Assembly: GCA_034530615.2 (NCBI GenBank) | Contig: JAVRCV020000071.1 | Location: 124,335 to 188,334 of the forward strand | DNA from: Aulosira sp. ZfuVER01 | GTDB lineage: Bacteria > Cyanobacteriota > Cyanobacteriia > Cyanobacteriales > Nostocaceae | Direction: 5' to 3' | DNA length: 64,000 nucleotides | Shown: in pieces, positions 20,326 through 29,727 of the stretch | How the letters are laid out: every line of letters starts with the position of its first letter | Position numbering within the stretch: the stretch's first letter is position 1 | Notes under the pieces: generated by a model | What the model saw: only the letters and a program-made list of their open reading frames with translations | Databases searched by the model: none | Told to the model about the DNA's origin: nothing | Program-made: the position numbers and the translations under genes

Positions 20326-22614
20326 TCATTTAGGCATTTTTAAAACACTTTGAATCGTCTCTAGTAATTTGTTAAGAGTATAGGGTTTCATTAAAAAAGC
20401 TTGCACACCAATACTATTAACTTCTAAAAGTTTGCAATTGGATGTGAATCCACTGATAGCAATAATTTTGACGGAGGGATTTATTTGTTGTATGACTCTG
20501 GTCGCCATTAAACCATCTATTGACGGCATCTGTATATCCATCAAAACTACGCTGATGTCATCTTTATACTTAGTGTAGAGAGAAATAGCTTCTACTCCAT
20601 TACTAGCAGCGATTGCTTTGTAATTGTAGTCTCCTAATAATGTTTTAGTTACATCTTGAATTGATGTTTCGTCATCCACAACCAAAACTAATTCACCATT
20701 ACCTCTAGGTAAATCGCAATAATCAGCTTCTTGTGTTGCCGATTGCTCAATAGCAGGCAAATAAATATTAAATTTACTACCTCTTCCTACCTCGCTATCT
20801 ACTGTCATAAAACCACCGTGGTTTTTGACAATACCGATAACAGTAGAAAGCCCTAATCCAGTTCCTTTACCCAAATCTTTGGTTGTAAAAAAAGGTTCAA
20901 AAATTCGCTCCAAGAGATTTTTTGGTATGCCACATCCTGTATCTGAGACAGTAATTACAATATATGAGCCTACTTTCGCTTCCAAATTCATTCTGGCATA
21001 AGCTTCATCAACGAAAAAGTTGGCGGCGGAAATGCTGAGGATACCACCATCAGGCATGGCATCATAAGCATTGACACAGAGATTCATCAACACCTGATGT
21101 ATGTAAGTTGGATCTGCCCAGATTGTTAAAAGATTTTGTGTTGGTATATTAGTACAGACTTCAATTGATTTGGGAAATGTACTGCTGACAATCTGCTCAA
21201 TTTCCTTCAGCAGGTGTCTAATTTGTAAAGGAACCTGCTTACCTTGCGATCCTCGGGCAAAAGATGTAATTTGCTTGACTAATTCAGCACCACGTTTAGA
21301 GTTATCTTCCAAAATTTTCAGTAGTTGGCGATTTTTCTCATCCAGATTGGGAAGTTTACATAGCAGCAGTTGAGCAACTGTCAAAACGGGCGAGAGAATA
21401 TTATTTAAATCGTGGGCAATACCGCTGGCTAAAATGCCAAGACTCTCTAAGCGTTGTGCGCGATGAAACTGTTGCTCCAGTAATTTTTTCTCTGTGATAT
21501 CAGTATCAACGGTGAGGATAGATTGTGGTTGTCCGTCTTCTGAGTACATGAGAGTCCAGCGGCTAGAAACAATTAGTTCTTGCCCAGATTTCGTAATTTT
21601 ATTGAGATCGCCACACCATTCCCCTTGCTCAACAACAGTTCTGAAAGCTTCTTCTATTTGCGATGATATTTGTTGATACAAAAATTCGTGACAGTCTTTA
21701 GCAAGAATCTCTGCTGCTGTCCAGCCATACAACCGTTCAGCACCTTTACTCCAAAATAAGATTTCGTGCTCCAAATTGCGGACAAAAATTGCATCTGGCG
21801 AAATATCAATTAAGGCCGCTTGTTCGTGGATTTTCTGTTCTGCTTGTTTGCGTTCAGTAACATCTCTACCAACTGCTTGTAGCTCAATGACTTTCCCTTC
21901 CTGATTGCGGATAGCAGCAACCTCCCACTGCAACCAGCGGATACCGTTGACTGTGAATGCACGTTGCTCTCGTGTAGTTAAGCGATAAGGTGGCGATGTC
22001 AAGGCTTGAATGTTTGCCATGACATCAGGTAAATCTTCTGGATGAACAAACTGAAGTAGCCGCTGACCGCGAAACTCATCTGGTTTAAAGCCGAAGATTT
22101 CCCCTGTAACTTTATTGGCAAAGGTCAACCGACCATTCAGATCCATGCGAATAATGAGATCGGTTTGGCTCTCAACTAATTTACGATAAAGCTTTTCGCT
22201 CTTCTCTAGCTGTTCAATCAGGCGCGTTTTTTCTAAAACTTTTTGAATTGCAAGGCGAAAACTTACTGCTGTGATATTCTTTTTAATCAAATACTCAGCT
22301 GCACCGCTTTTCATGGCCTGTAATGCTATCTGTTCATTTCCCTGATCTGTCAGCATGATGACTGGTAGGTTTGTTAAATCCAATTGAATCTTTAAATCAC
22401 TTAAAAACTCCAGCCCATCCATATCTGGCAGCAAATAATCTATAACAATTACATCAGGCAATTGCTGCTGACACAATAAAAGTGCCTGTTTACCAGTCTC
22501 CGCTTCTAAAATCTTATAAGTGCGTTGCTGATCTCGCAGCAGATAGCGTCGGTAGGTTTCTCGATCTTCTAAAGACTCATCAACGAGCAAAATTATTTGC
22601 AAAATATCAGCCAT
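20326..22614 (-). CDS. Hybrid sensor histidine kinase REC-PAS-PAS-HisKA-HATPase-REC
   Basis: IAHDLNN H-box, NLCVNA, DTGCG, GTGLGL; receiver domains at both ends. Confidence 0.92.
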   Translation of the reverse strand: MADILQIILLVDESLEDRETYRRYLLRDQQRTYKILEAETGKQALLLCQQQLPDVIVIDYLLPDMDGLEFLSDLKIQLDLTNLPVIMLTDQGNEQIALQAMKSGAAEYLIKKNITAVSFRLAIQKVLEKTRLIEQLEKSEKLYRKLVESQTDLIIRMDLNGRLTFANKVTGEIFGFKPDEFRGQRLLQFVHPEDLPDVMANIQALTSPPYRLTTREQRAFTVNGIRWLQWEVAAIRNQEGKVIELQAVGRDVTERKQAEQKIHEQAALIDISPDAIFVRNLEHEILFWSKGAERLYGWTAAEILAKDCHEFLYQQISSQIEEAFRTVVEQGEWCGDLNKITKSGQELIVSSRWTLMYSEDGQPQSILTVDTDITEKKLLEQQFHRAQRLESLGILASGIAHDLNNILSPVLTVAQLLLCKLPNLDEKNRQLLKILEDNSKRGAELVKQITSFARGSQGKQVPLQIRHLLKEIEQIVSSTFPKSIEVCTNIPTQNLLTIWADPTYIHQVLMNLCVNAYDAMPDGGILSISAANFFVDEAYARMNLEAKVGSYIVITVSDTGCGIPKNLLERIFEPFFTTKDLGKGTGLGLSTVIGIVKNHGGFMTVDSEVGRGSKFNIYLPAIEQSATQEADYCDLPRGNGELVLVVDDETSIQDVTKTLLGDYNYKAIAASNGVEAISLYTKYKDDISVVLMDIQMPSIDGLMATRVIQQINPSVKIIAISGFTSNCKLLEVNSIGVQAFLMKPYTLNKLLETIQSVLKMPK

Positions 22615-23518
22615 TGCTCCCTCCGGGAATCTACCTAAAAATTAAAGCGAGCTAGCAAGATCGAAAATGCGATCGCCATTTCCTTACTACTTCAAAAGAA
22701 AGCTTTGGTTTACCTGTGTTAACATCACCTGCGTATGAGAACACAGATGTAAAAATATTTTGAACAATCATGTAGGCTCGATTACTACATGGTTCATATC
22801 GCATCTACTAGAAAACTTGTCGTCAAGACTGAGGCAAATACGGGGAAATGCACAGATGCAGTGAAATTTTATGGAGAAAAATTAGACAGACATGATATGA
22901 ACTATTAGTTCAGAAGCGATCGCTTGATTGAGTTCGTTGCAAAGGAAGTCTACACACAGCAATGAATCGGAGTGGTTTAACTTACTTGTAATATAGATCA
23001 ACTGACTCTGTATTTAAAATCAAGGCTGAGGAGTAGGGATTAATGTATTAAGTTCCTCCCTTAGGTAGATTTAAATTCAATTTACGCAAAAATTTTGAGA
23101 ATCTTGTGAGGATGAATATTATTTAAAGTTTTTTTGGCTGAGATGTCAGATTAATTCTGCATATATAAAAATTAATTTCAATATGTGAGCGAATTTATAC
23201 GAATAGGGAGCGATCGCAGAATCGCCCCAGAAGGACACGAAAAGATTTTCTAATGTCAAAGTGTCCCTGTTTTATGAGATTATGTCTCCAACACTACAAA
23301 TTTTCCTAAATTTTCTGGCTTACGTACCAGCTAAGTAGTTTTTTTACAAATTAATCAAGTCTTTACTCTGAGAACACAAAGATACATTGGGCACTAATGA
23401 CGATTAGCTACGTCAATGATTTTAGATTGCTGAGTCTGCTTCAGTTCGTCTGAGGTCAAGATTTCAATGCACAGGGGAATGCATAACTACCAGTTAACTA
23501 ATTCTCTAGTAAGCATAA

Positions 23519-24844
23519 ATGCTTGTAGACTATATGACTAGTAGACTCAATAAAAAAAGCATCCAATGGCGCGTGTGGTTAGCTAACGCATCATTCAAAC
23601 CTATGAAACTAATTTTGAAATTAATTTTTCCTTTTCAAAGTTGGCGACTTAGACACGCGGCAACTTTTACTCAGACATTGCGCAAGCGATTTTTCCCGAT
23701 ACTAGTCTTGATATCGTGTATTACGGTATTACTGGTAGATAATCTTACCCCTGCGATCGCTCAGACTCCGCAGCTACCTCGTGAAGAAATTCGCGGGGTT
23801 TGGATGACTAACAACGATATTGACATCCTCAAGGAAAGATCCAAAGTACAGGAGGCCGTTACTCAACTGCGACGGCTCAACTTTAACACTATCTATCCTG
23901 TAATCTGGAATTCTGGTTATGTAATGTATCCCAGCGCCGTGGCCAAGCGTACAGGTATCCAACCCTTTGTTTTGCGAGGCTCAGACGGACATGATATTCT
24001 TGCAGACTTAATCAACCAATCCCATCGTCAAGGGCTGCTTGTCATACCTTGGTTTGAGTTTGGCTTCATGGCTCCGCCATCATCAGAATTGGTAATGGAG
24101 CATCCAAATTGGTTTACGAAAAAGCGGGATGGTAGTCAAACTTCGATTAGTGCTGCTGGTGAGGTAATGTGGCTCAATCCTTTCCATCCAGAAGTGCAGC
24201 AGTTTATCACTAGTCTCGTGCTAGAAAACATCACCCAATACGATGTTGATGGCATTCAGTTTGACGATCACATGAGTTTGCCAGTTGAATTTGGCTACGA
24301 TCCATACACAGTTGCTTTGTACACTCAAGAAACCAAGAAGAAACCTCCAGCTAATCCTCAAGATCAAGCATGGATGCGCTGGCGGGCAGACAAAATCACA
24401 GCGTTTATGGTAAAACTCAACCAAGCTGTGAAAGCTCAAAAACCTCGGGCAGTTTTCTCCGTTTCTCCCAATTACTACGACTTTGCTTACAAGTTTCAAC
24501 TACAAGATTGGCTCAACTGGATACGGCTGGATATTGTGGATGAGCTAATTGTGCAAATTTATCGTCCTAATCTTCAAGGTTTTATTAGCAATCTTTCCCG
24601 TCCAGAAATTATAGAATCGCAGAAATCGATTCCCACTGGTGTGGGAATTATGGCAGGGTTGCGAACTAATCCCGTACCAATACAACAAATTCAAGCTCAA
24701 GTACGGGCTGCTCAAGAAAAGGGTTTAGGCGTAACTTTCTTTTACTATGAAAGCCTTTGGGAATCTGCCCCAGAATCAGTTGCAGAAAGACAAGCTGGAT
24801 TTCAATCCCTTTTCCGCTCTCCTGCGCTCCGCGCCAGAATTTAA
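23519..24844 (+). CDS. Glycosyl hydrolase-like 10 (DUF187/GHL10) protein; start uncertain
   Basis: EIRGVW, IPWFEFG, WLNPFHPEV, YDVDGIQFDDH. Confidence 0.85.
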   Translation: MLVDYMTSRLNKKSIQWRVWLANASFKPMKLILKLIFPFQSWRLRHAATFTQTLRKRFFPILVLISCITVLLVDNLTPAIAQTPQLPREEIRGVWMTNNDIDILKERSKVQEAVTQLRRLNFNTIYPVIWNSGYVMYPSAVAKRTGIQPFVLRGSDGHDILADLINQSHRQGLLVIPWFEFGFMAPPSSELVMEHPNWFTKKRDGSQTSISAAGEVMWLNPFHPEVQQFITSLVLENITQYDVDGIQFDDHMSLPVEFGYDPYTVALYTQETKKKPPANPQDQAWMRWRADKITAFMVKLNQAVKAQKPRAVFSVSPNYYDFAYKFQLQDWLNWIRLDIVDELIVQIYRPNLQGFISNLSRPEIIESQKSIPTGVGIMAGLRTNPVPIQQIQAQVRAAQEKGLGVTFFYYESLWESAPESVAERQAGFQSLFRSPALRARI

Positions 24845-24857
24845 TCGTCACTGTCAA

Positions 24858-24882
24858 GTAGAGTGGGCAGTGCCCACCCTAC
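24858..24882. repeat. REP-like palindrome between convergent genes (possible terminator)
   Basis: GTAGAGTGGGCAGTGCCCACCCTAC. Confidence 0.5.
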
Positions 24883-24916
24883 ATTGAAACGGATTGTTGG
24901 TGCAATCGGAGATTTT

Positions 24917-25915
24917 CTATGACATTAACTTTGCATCCCAGGTATACAATCCGACTTTTTCAGGAACTCTAGAGAATCGCCCTGTGCGATAACCTCGTGA
25001 TAACTCATTTAGCACCTTGCTTTTGATCTCTCGGATTTCATCAGCATCTAGTTCTCCATAAAGTCCAGCAATAACTTCCGCAACAGAGAAAATTTTTCCC
25101 GAATTTTGCTTTAACAGAGAGGTGATGGCATCAATCAAAAATTGACCCTCAAATACTTTGAGCATCGGTACTATTTTTGTCTTGGGAAGGATTACTGGTT
25201 TCTTTTTTTTCTGTTGGATATTTTTGACAGAACCATTGCTATTACTTGAAGAGAGCAACTTTAAATCCAAGGTATAACAACCAGGTTCGTCAGGAATTCC
25301 AAACCAACTATTGCCTCTACCCTGTGTAAGTGAGGATTGGACTCTACCTTTAACGACTTTGAAGATATGTGGCTCTAAATCACCATATAGCGATCGCACA
25401 ATGAAATCTATATGGCATACAGTACCACTATGTTCTTGTAAGACTTTTTTGATAGCTTCTATCCGATTGATACAGTGTTGATACTCAGGTAGCATAGGAT
25501 AGTCTTGCCCCTTGATAGATTGCTCTTTAAGTTCAGGGGAAGAGTTGCTAGTTGAATTTGTACTTACAGGTTGGTCATTGTTGAGATTTGTTGGCTCCAC
25601 ATTGCTAGAGTCTGAAGGTTCTAATTGAGTTGACTCTATCAAGTTGGAATCGTTGTCAGAAATGCTAGCTGGCGATAATCTCTTCTCTGTATTTAGAGTA
25701 GATGTTTCATCCGTCACATCAAGTGTGGCAATCTGATTGTTAGGATCTGATGTTGACCAGTTAGACAACAAAGCTTCTACATGATTGAGATGCGATCGCG
25801 CCTGTGTATATAAGCGTTCATACTCTTCTACAATGCGAGCATAGTAGTCTCTTAATTCCAAAAGTGGAGAGAGGAAAGCGTCAGGTGGAGGTTCTAATTG
25901 TCCCTTTACAGTCAT
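24917..25915 (-). CDS. Hypothetical protein: N-terminal coiled coil plus two repeated putative winged-helix domains
   Basis: Internal duplication PML...AI..L....G.......I...LYG.L......K..V...L..G......P...G.YT.D. Confidence 0.7.
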   Translation of the reverse strand: MTVKGQLEPPPDAFLSPLLELRDYYARIVEEYERLYTQARSHLNHVEALLSNWSTSDPNNQIATLDVTDETSTLNTEKRLSPASISDNDSNLIESTQLEPSDSSNVEPTNLNNDQPVSTNSTSNSSPELKEQSIKGQDYPMLPEYQHCINRIEAIKKVLQEHSGTVCHIDFIVRSLYGDLEPHIFKVVKGRVQSSLTQGRGNSWFGIPDEPGCYTLDLKLLSSSNSNGSVKNIQQKKKKPVILPKTKIVPMLKVFEGQFLIDAITSLLKQNSGKIFSVAEVIAGLYGELDADEIREIKSKVLNELSRGYRTGRFSRVPEKVGLYTWDAKLMS

Positions 25916-25925
25916 AAGGTGTTAA

Positions 25926-26171
25926 TCAATCTAAATCAGATTTACTTTTGTATGTCATTGGTCTAGGCTTGGCTTTAGCCGCTGGTTGCTGCGGTTTTTT
26001 TGGCGCTTGGGGAGGGCGACATTGCTCACAATATAATGGTCGAGGCCCAAAAGTCTCGCGTTTTGTACTCTCATTGCACTGCTTGCAGATAAAGTGAAAA
26101 ACTCGAGTGTGAATTTCTCTTTTGTGTGCCCTGACTGTATACTCTCTAACGTCTATTAACTTACTAGCCAT
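25926..26171 (-). CDS. Small zinc-ribbon protein
   Basis: CKQC...CEQC; 10 bp upstream of the next gene. Confidence 0.7.
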   Translation of the reverse strand: MASKLIDVREYTVRAHKREIHTRVFHFICKQCNESTKRETFGPRPLYCEQCRPPQAPKKPQQPAAKAKPRPMTYKSKSDLD

Positions 26172-26316
26172 AATAACGAGTTGTGAATTTCTGTCCTATC
26201 AATATAGCTATTCAAGCAAATGAAATAGCATCAGTGTGTATCAACTTGCCAATTTTGGGCAAATTTCCTACTTGAGCTATAGACTCTGTTGTAAATCAGA
26301 ATTATTTACCATCTCC

Positions 26317-26473
26317 AGAGGCTGTCTCAAAAGTCTTTACTGATACACCAAGTTATTAGAGATTCCTCTAAATCGTCCTCTAAAAAGGGAGATTTTAAGG
26401 CTGTACTTCCTCCCTTTCAAAGTTGGCTGGGGAGTAAGAACAAAATATCTAATTATTTCAAGATACATCCTCT
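26317..26473. mobile_element. Degenerate MITE-like element
   Basis: Imperfect ends AGAGGCTGTCTCAAAAG ... GATACATCCTCT with internal C-run/G-run hairpin remnants. Confidence 0.35.
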
Positions 26474-27046
26474 TTGAAGAATTTGGTTCTAAAGTGATTC
26501 ATACTCTAGTGAGCTTTATTGGAGCAAGAGTTATGTTTCATAGCAACCTCTAATGACCTTAGTTAAATGAGCAGCCTACTATGAATTACAAGCTATACAC
26601 AACAAATGTTTTAGCTTAGTTTACAAAAAGTCTACTTTCTCGCCCATCCTTTGGGTTAAGTTTGTCAGTTTAAGGCAAGACGAGAACATAAATACTCTAT
26701 GCTTGCTGTACTAAGCTAGCCTCATTTTGGACAATTTAAATTTGGTGTCATAGAATTCTGACTCACCGAAACAGGGCTGAGTAGCGAGTAATTGACCTAT
26801 TTTCTTTCTCAGCACTCAGTACTCACAACTGGGAACTCTTGAACTTGATGCGCTCCAGCTATGACTTGCGATAGATGTAAGCATAGTTATAGCATCTGCT
26901 TTAGTCTAAAATCTGGGAAAAAATTAATATTACAATTGCCTGATGCCTGCGATCGCACAGCTAGAGGTGGCACCATCATTAGGCAATATTGCTCACATCA
27001 GTCTTGTTATTATGGCAATAAGCCGCTACAACAAGGAGTTTAAGCC

Positions 27047-27685
27047 ATGTTTGCCCTCGTCTCCTTAGAAAAAATTCAATTACCATCTGGATCTGTAGTG
27101 CGGTTGCCTGCAACCTGGCAAGAGTATCAAATCCTCTGCCAACAACGAGGAGATGGCTCAATCCCGCGCATCAAATACCGGGATGGAGAAGTATTGCTGA
27201 TGTCACCTTTGCCTATTCATGGTCAAGATGCCAACCTGCTTGCTGACATTGTTAAAACCTTGCTGGATAGCGATGAACGGGAATACGATGCGTTTACACC
27301 TGTGACGATGGAACTGCCCGAAGAAAGCGGCATTGAGCCTGATTATTGTTTCTACATCGACAATTGGCAAGCGGTTTCCGGCAAACAGCGGATCGACTGG
27401 CAACAAGATCCATCGCCGGATCTCGTCATCGAAATTGACGTGACCAGTTATTCTGATGTCCAAGATTATCTTCCCTACCGCGTTCCTGAAGTTTGGTTAT
27501 TCAAAAAGCAGCGCTTATTGGTTTATCAATTGCAAGGAGACGAATACCAACTGCAAACCAAAAGCCGCTATTTTCCAGAGTTTGATTTGCAAAGTGCGAT
27601 CGCTCGCTGTGTCCAAATTGCCTATGAACGTAATACCAGCGCAGCTATCCGTCATCTTAGACAGCAGCTAAAGGACATTTCTTAA
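27047..27685 (+). CDS. Uma2 family (PD-(D/E)xK) endonuclease
   Basis: IEPDYCFY, PDLVIEID, VPEVW. Confidence 0.88.
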   Translation: MFALVSLEKIQLPSGSVVRLPATWQEYQILCQQRGDGSIPRIKYRDGEVLLMSPLPIHGQDANLLADIVKTLLDSDEREYDAFTPVTMELPEESGIEPDYCFYIDNWQAVSGKQRIDWQQDPSPDLVIEIDVTSYSDVQDYLPYRVPEVWLFKKQRLLVYQLQGDEYQLQTKSRYFPEFDLQSAIARCVQIAYERNTSAAIRHLRQQLKDIS

Positions 27686-27707
27686 TTAGCTTTTAAGATT
27701 TTCCTAG

Positions 27708-28607
27708 TTAATAAGTACATTTAGCCAAAGTATAAAAGTCAAATTTCTTCAGCATTTCTAAAAAAGTGAATACAGCCGGAATATGGAGTCCATTAGATAA
27801 GACAGCAACTCCCATCACTCTTTCTAACGGTATTGGTAAACTATATACCTGGACATTTTGTGGAATCGGCACAGCTGCTAGGCGAGGAATAATCGCGGCT
27901 CTCAACCCCTGATTGACTAAGCTGACAATAGTAGAGTCTTCTTGAATATCACTATTAGTATTCATAAAATTTGCTACATTTTTCAGGTGGTTGTGTAGAG
28001 AGCGTCCACAGGGTAAGCAAGACAGCAAAACTGGGGAATATACAGCAATATCTTCCCAAGTAATTGTCGGATTGCTGACTTTAGCTTTTGGTGGTAGCAA
28101 AGCTACATATTCATCCCTGATAATTTCCCATACCTCAAACTCATCACTGGTAGGTAGATAAGTAATGCCAATATCGGCACGCCCTTCGCGCAAACATTGT
28201 TCTACCTCAAGGTAAGAAAGGCACTCTATGATAGTTACAGCTACTTCTGGGAATTGATCGTGAAACTGCGCGATCGCTTTTGGTAGCAAATGGGTCGCAA
28301 CACTGCGAAAAGCTGCAATTCGTACATGACCACCATGTAAACCTTTATGCAGATTTGCTTCCCGTTGCATCATCTCTAGATGTTGCAATGACTGACGGGC
28401 ATGATATAAGATGCGCTCTCCAGCAGGTGTAAGGACAGCACCATGACGACCTCGAGCAAATAAAGGTACACCCAATTCTTCTTCTAAGGTGGCGATCGCA
28501 TGACTAATTGCTGGTTGCGAAAGTTGCAATTCTAAAGCTGCCTCACTGAAGTTACCACAATCTGCTACTGCAACTACAGCTCGAAGTTGGGAGAGTTTCA
28601 TGGTCAA
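27708..28607 (-). CDS. LysR family transcriptional regulator
   Basis: FSEAALELQLSQPAISHAIATLEEELG HTH. Confidence 0.93.
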   Translation of the reverse strand: MTMKLSQLRAVVAVADCGNFSEAALELQLSQPAISHAIATLEEELGVPLFARGRHGAVLTPAGERILYHARQSLQHLEMMQREANLHKGLHGGHVRIAAFRSVATHLLPKAIAQFHDQFPEVAVTIIECLSYLEVEQCLREGRADIGITYLPTSDEFEVWEIIRDEYVALLPPKAKVSNPTITWEDIAVYSPVLLSCLPCGRSLHNHLKNVANFMNTNSDIQEDSTIVSLVNQGLRAAIIPRLAAVPIPQNVQVYSLPIPLERVMGVAVLSNGLHIPAVFTFLEMLKKFDFYTLAKCTY

Positions 28608-28673
28608 TTGCTGAGATAGGGTGAGAAAAATCCTGATTTAATTGTCTCAAAAAGATTGTATTCGTGTTTTTTA

Positions 28674-28698
28674 TATCTATAAATGCCATTTATAGATA
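28674..28698. promoter_or_regulatory. Putative LysR operator (perfect 12-1-12 palindrome containing T-N11-A)
   Basis: TATCTATAAATG-C-CATTTATAGATA between the divergent lysR gene and the 28778 ORF. Confidence 0.65.
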
Positions 28699-28777
28699 CC
28701 ATACAAGCCATGTTTTGATTGTTAGCTCAAGGGTTGTTACAGTTCTTATGTAATAAGCATCTATCGGGGATAATCCT

Positions 28778-29050
28778 ATGAGAAATGAAATTAGATGTCT
28801 GCAACCCGAAGAGATAGAAATAACTTCTAGAACCAGAAATATCTTCACTTCTGTCTGCCAAGCCTTGCATGGTTTTTGGAAAAATGCAATTCAAACACTA
28901 CTAGCCTCTGACGAATTAGAAGTTATACAAAAAGTTGACCGCCACGGTAATATCTATTGGCAAGCTTACGACCCTGTAACAGGAAAATCCTTCTCTTCCG
29001 GTTCGGAAGTCGATGTATCTATGTGGATTGAACAGCTTTACAGACATTAA
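28778..29050 (+). CDS. Hypothetical protein, first gene of the LysR-divergent operon
   Basis: ATG start; WQAYDPVTG..SE....WIE; 8 bp from the GST gene. Confidence 0.7.
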   Translation: MRNEIRCLQPEEIEITSRTRNIFTSVCQALHGFWKNAIQTLLASDELEVIQKVDRHGNIYWQAYDPVTGKSFSSGSEVDVSMWIEQLYRH

Positions 29051-29058
29051 AAATCAAC

Positions 29059-29727
29059 ATGACGCAACTTACCTTAGTAATTGGTAATAAAAATTATTCA
29101 TCTTGGTCATTACGTCCTTGGATAACTTTGAAGCATTTCGGAATGCAATTTGATGAAATTCGCATTCCTCTCTACACCCCAGAAACTGAATCCAAACTTC
29201 AGCAATATTCGCCTTCAGGAAAAGTGCCAGTTCTATTACACAATAATCAAAGTATCTGGGACTCTCTAGCTATTTGCGAATACTTAGCTGAAGAATTTCC
29301 TCATCTGCATTTCTGGCCAGAAGATAAAACTGCAAGGGCATTAGCTCGTTCTATTAGTGCAGAAATGCACTCAGGATTTCTTAATCTTCGGCAGAATATG
29401 CCGATGAATTGTCGTGCTAAATTACCAGGTAAAGGTCTAACAGTAGAGGTGCAAAAAGATATTGACCGTATTAAAACTATTTGGCAAGAATGCCGTCAAA
29501 AATTTGCAGCAGATGGTGATATGTTATTTGGCAAGTTCACAATTGCCGATGCGATGTTTGCTCCTGTAGTCTTAAGGTTTGCCACTTACGAGGTGCGATT
29601 AGATAATTTTTCTCAAAAATATGTGGAGGAAATTTTAGAACTTCCGGCAATGCAAGAGTGGATACAAGCAGCTAAAAAAGAGACAGAAGTTCTTCCTCAA
29701 TACGAGTTGTATAGCAATTCATTTTAA
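29059..29727 (+). CDS. Glutathione S-transferase family protein
   Basis: NKNYSSWSLRPW, SPSGKVP, DSLAICEYL, EMHSGF. Confidence 0.92.
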   Translation: MTQLTLVIGNKNYSSWSLRPWITLKHFGMQFDEIRIPLYTPETESKLQQYSPSGKVPVLLHNNQSIWDSLAICEYLAEEFPHLHFWPEDKTARALARSISAEMHSGFLNLRQNMPMNCRAKLPGKGLTVEVQKDIDRIKTIWQECRQKFAADGDMLFGKFTIADAMFAPVVLRFATYEVRLDNFSQKYVEEILELPAMQEWIQAAKKETEVLPQYELYSNSF

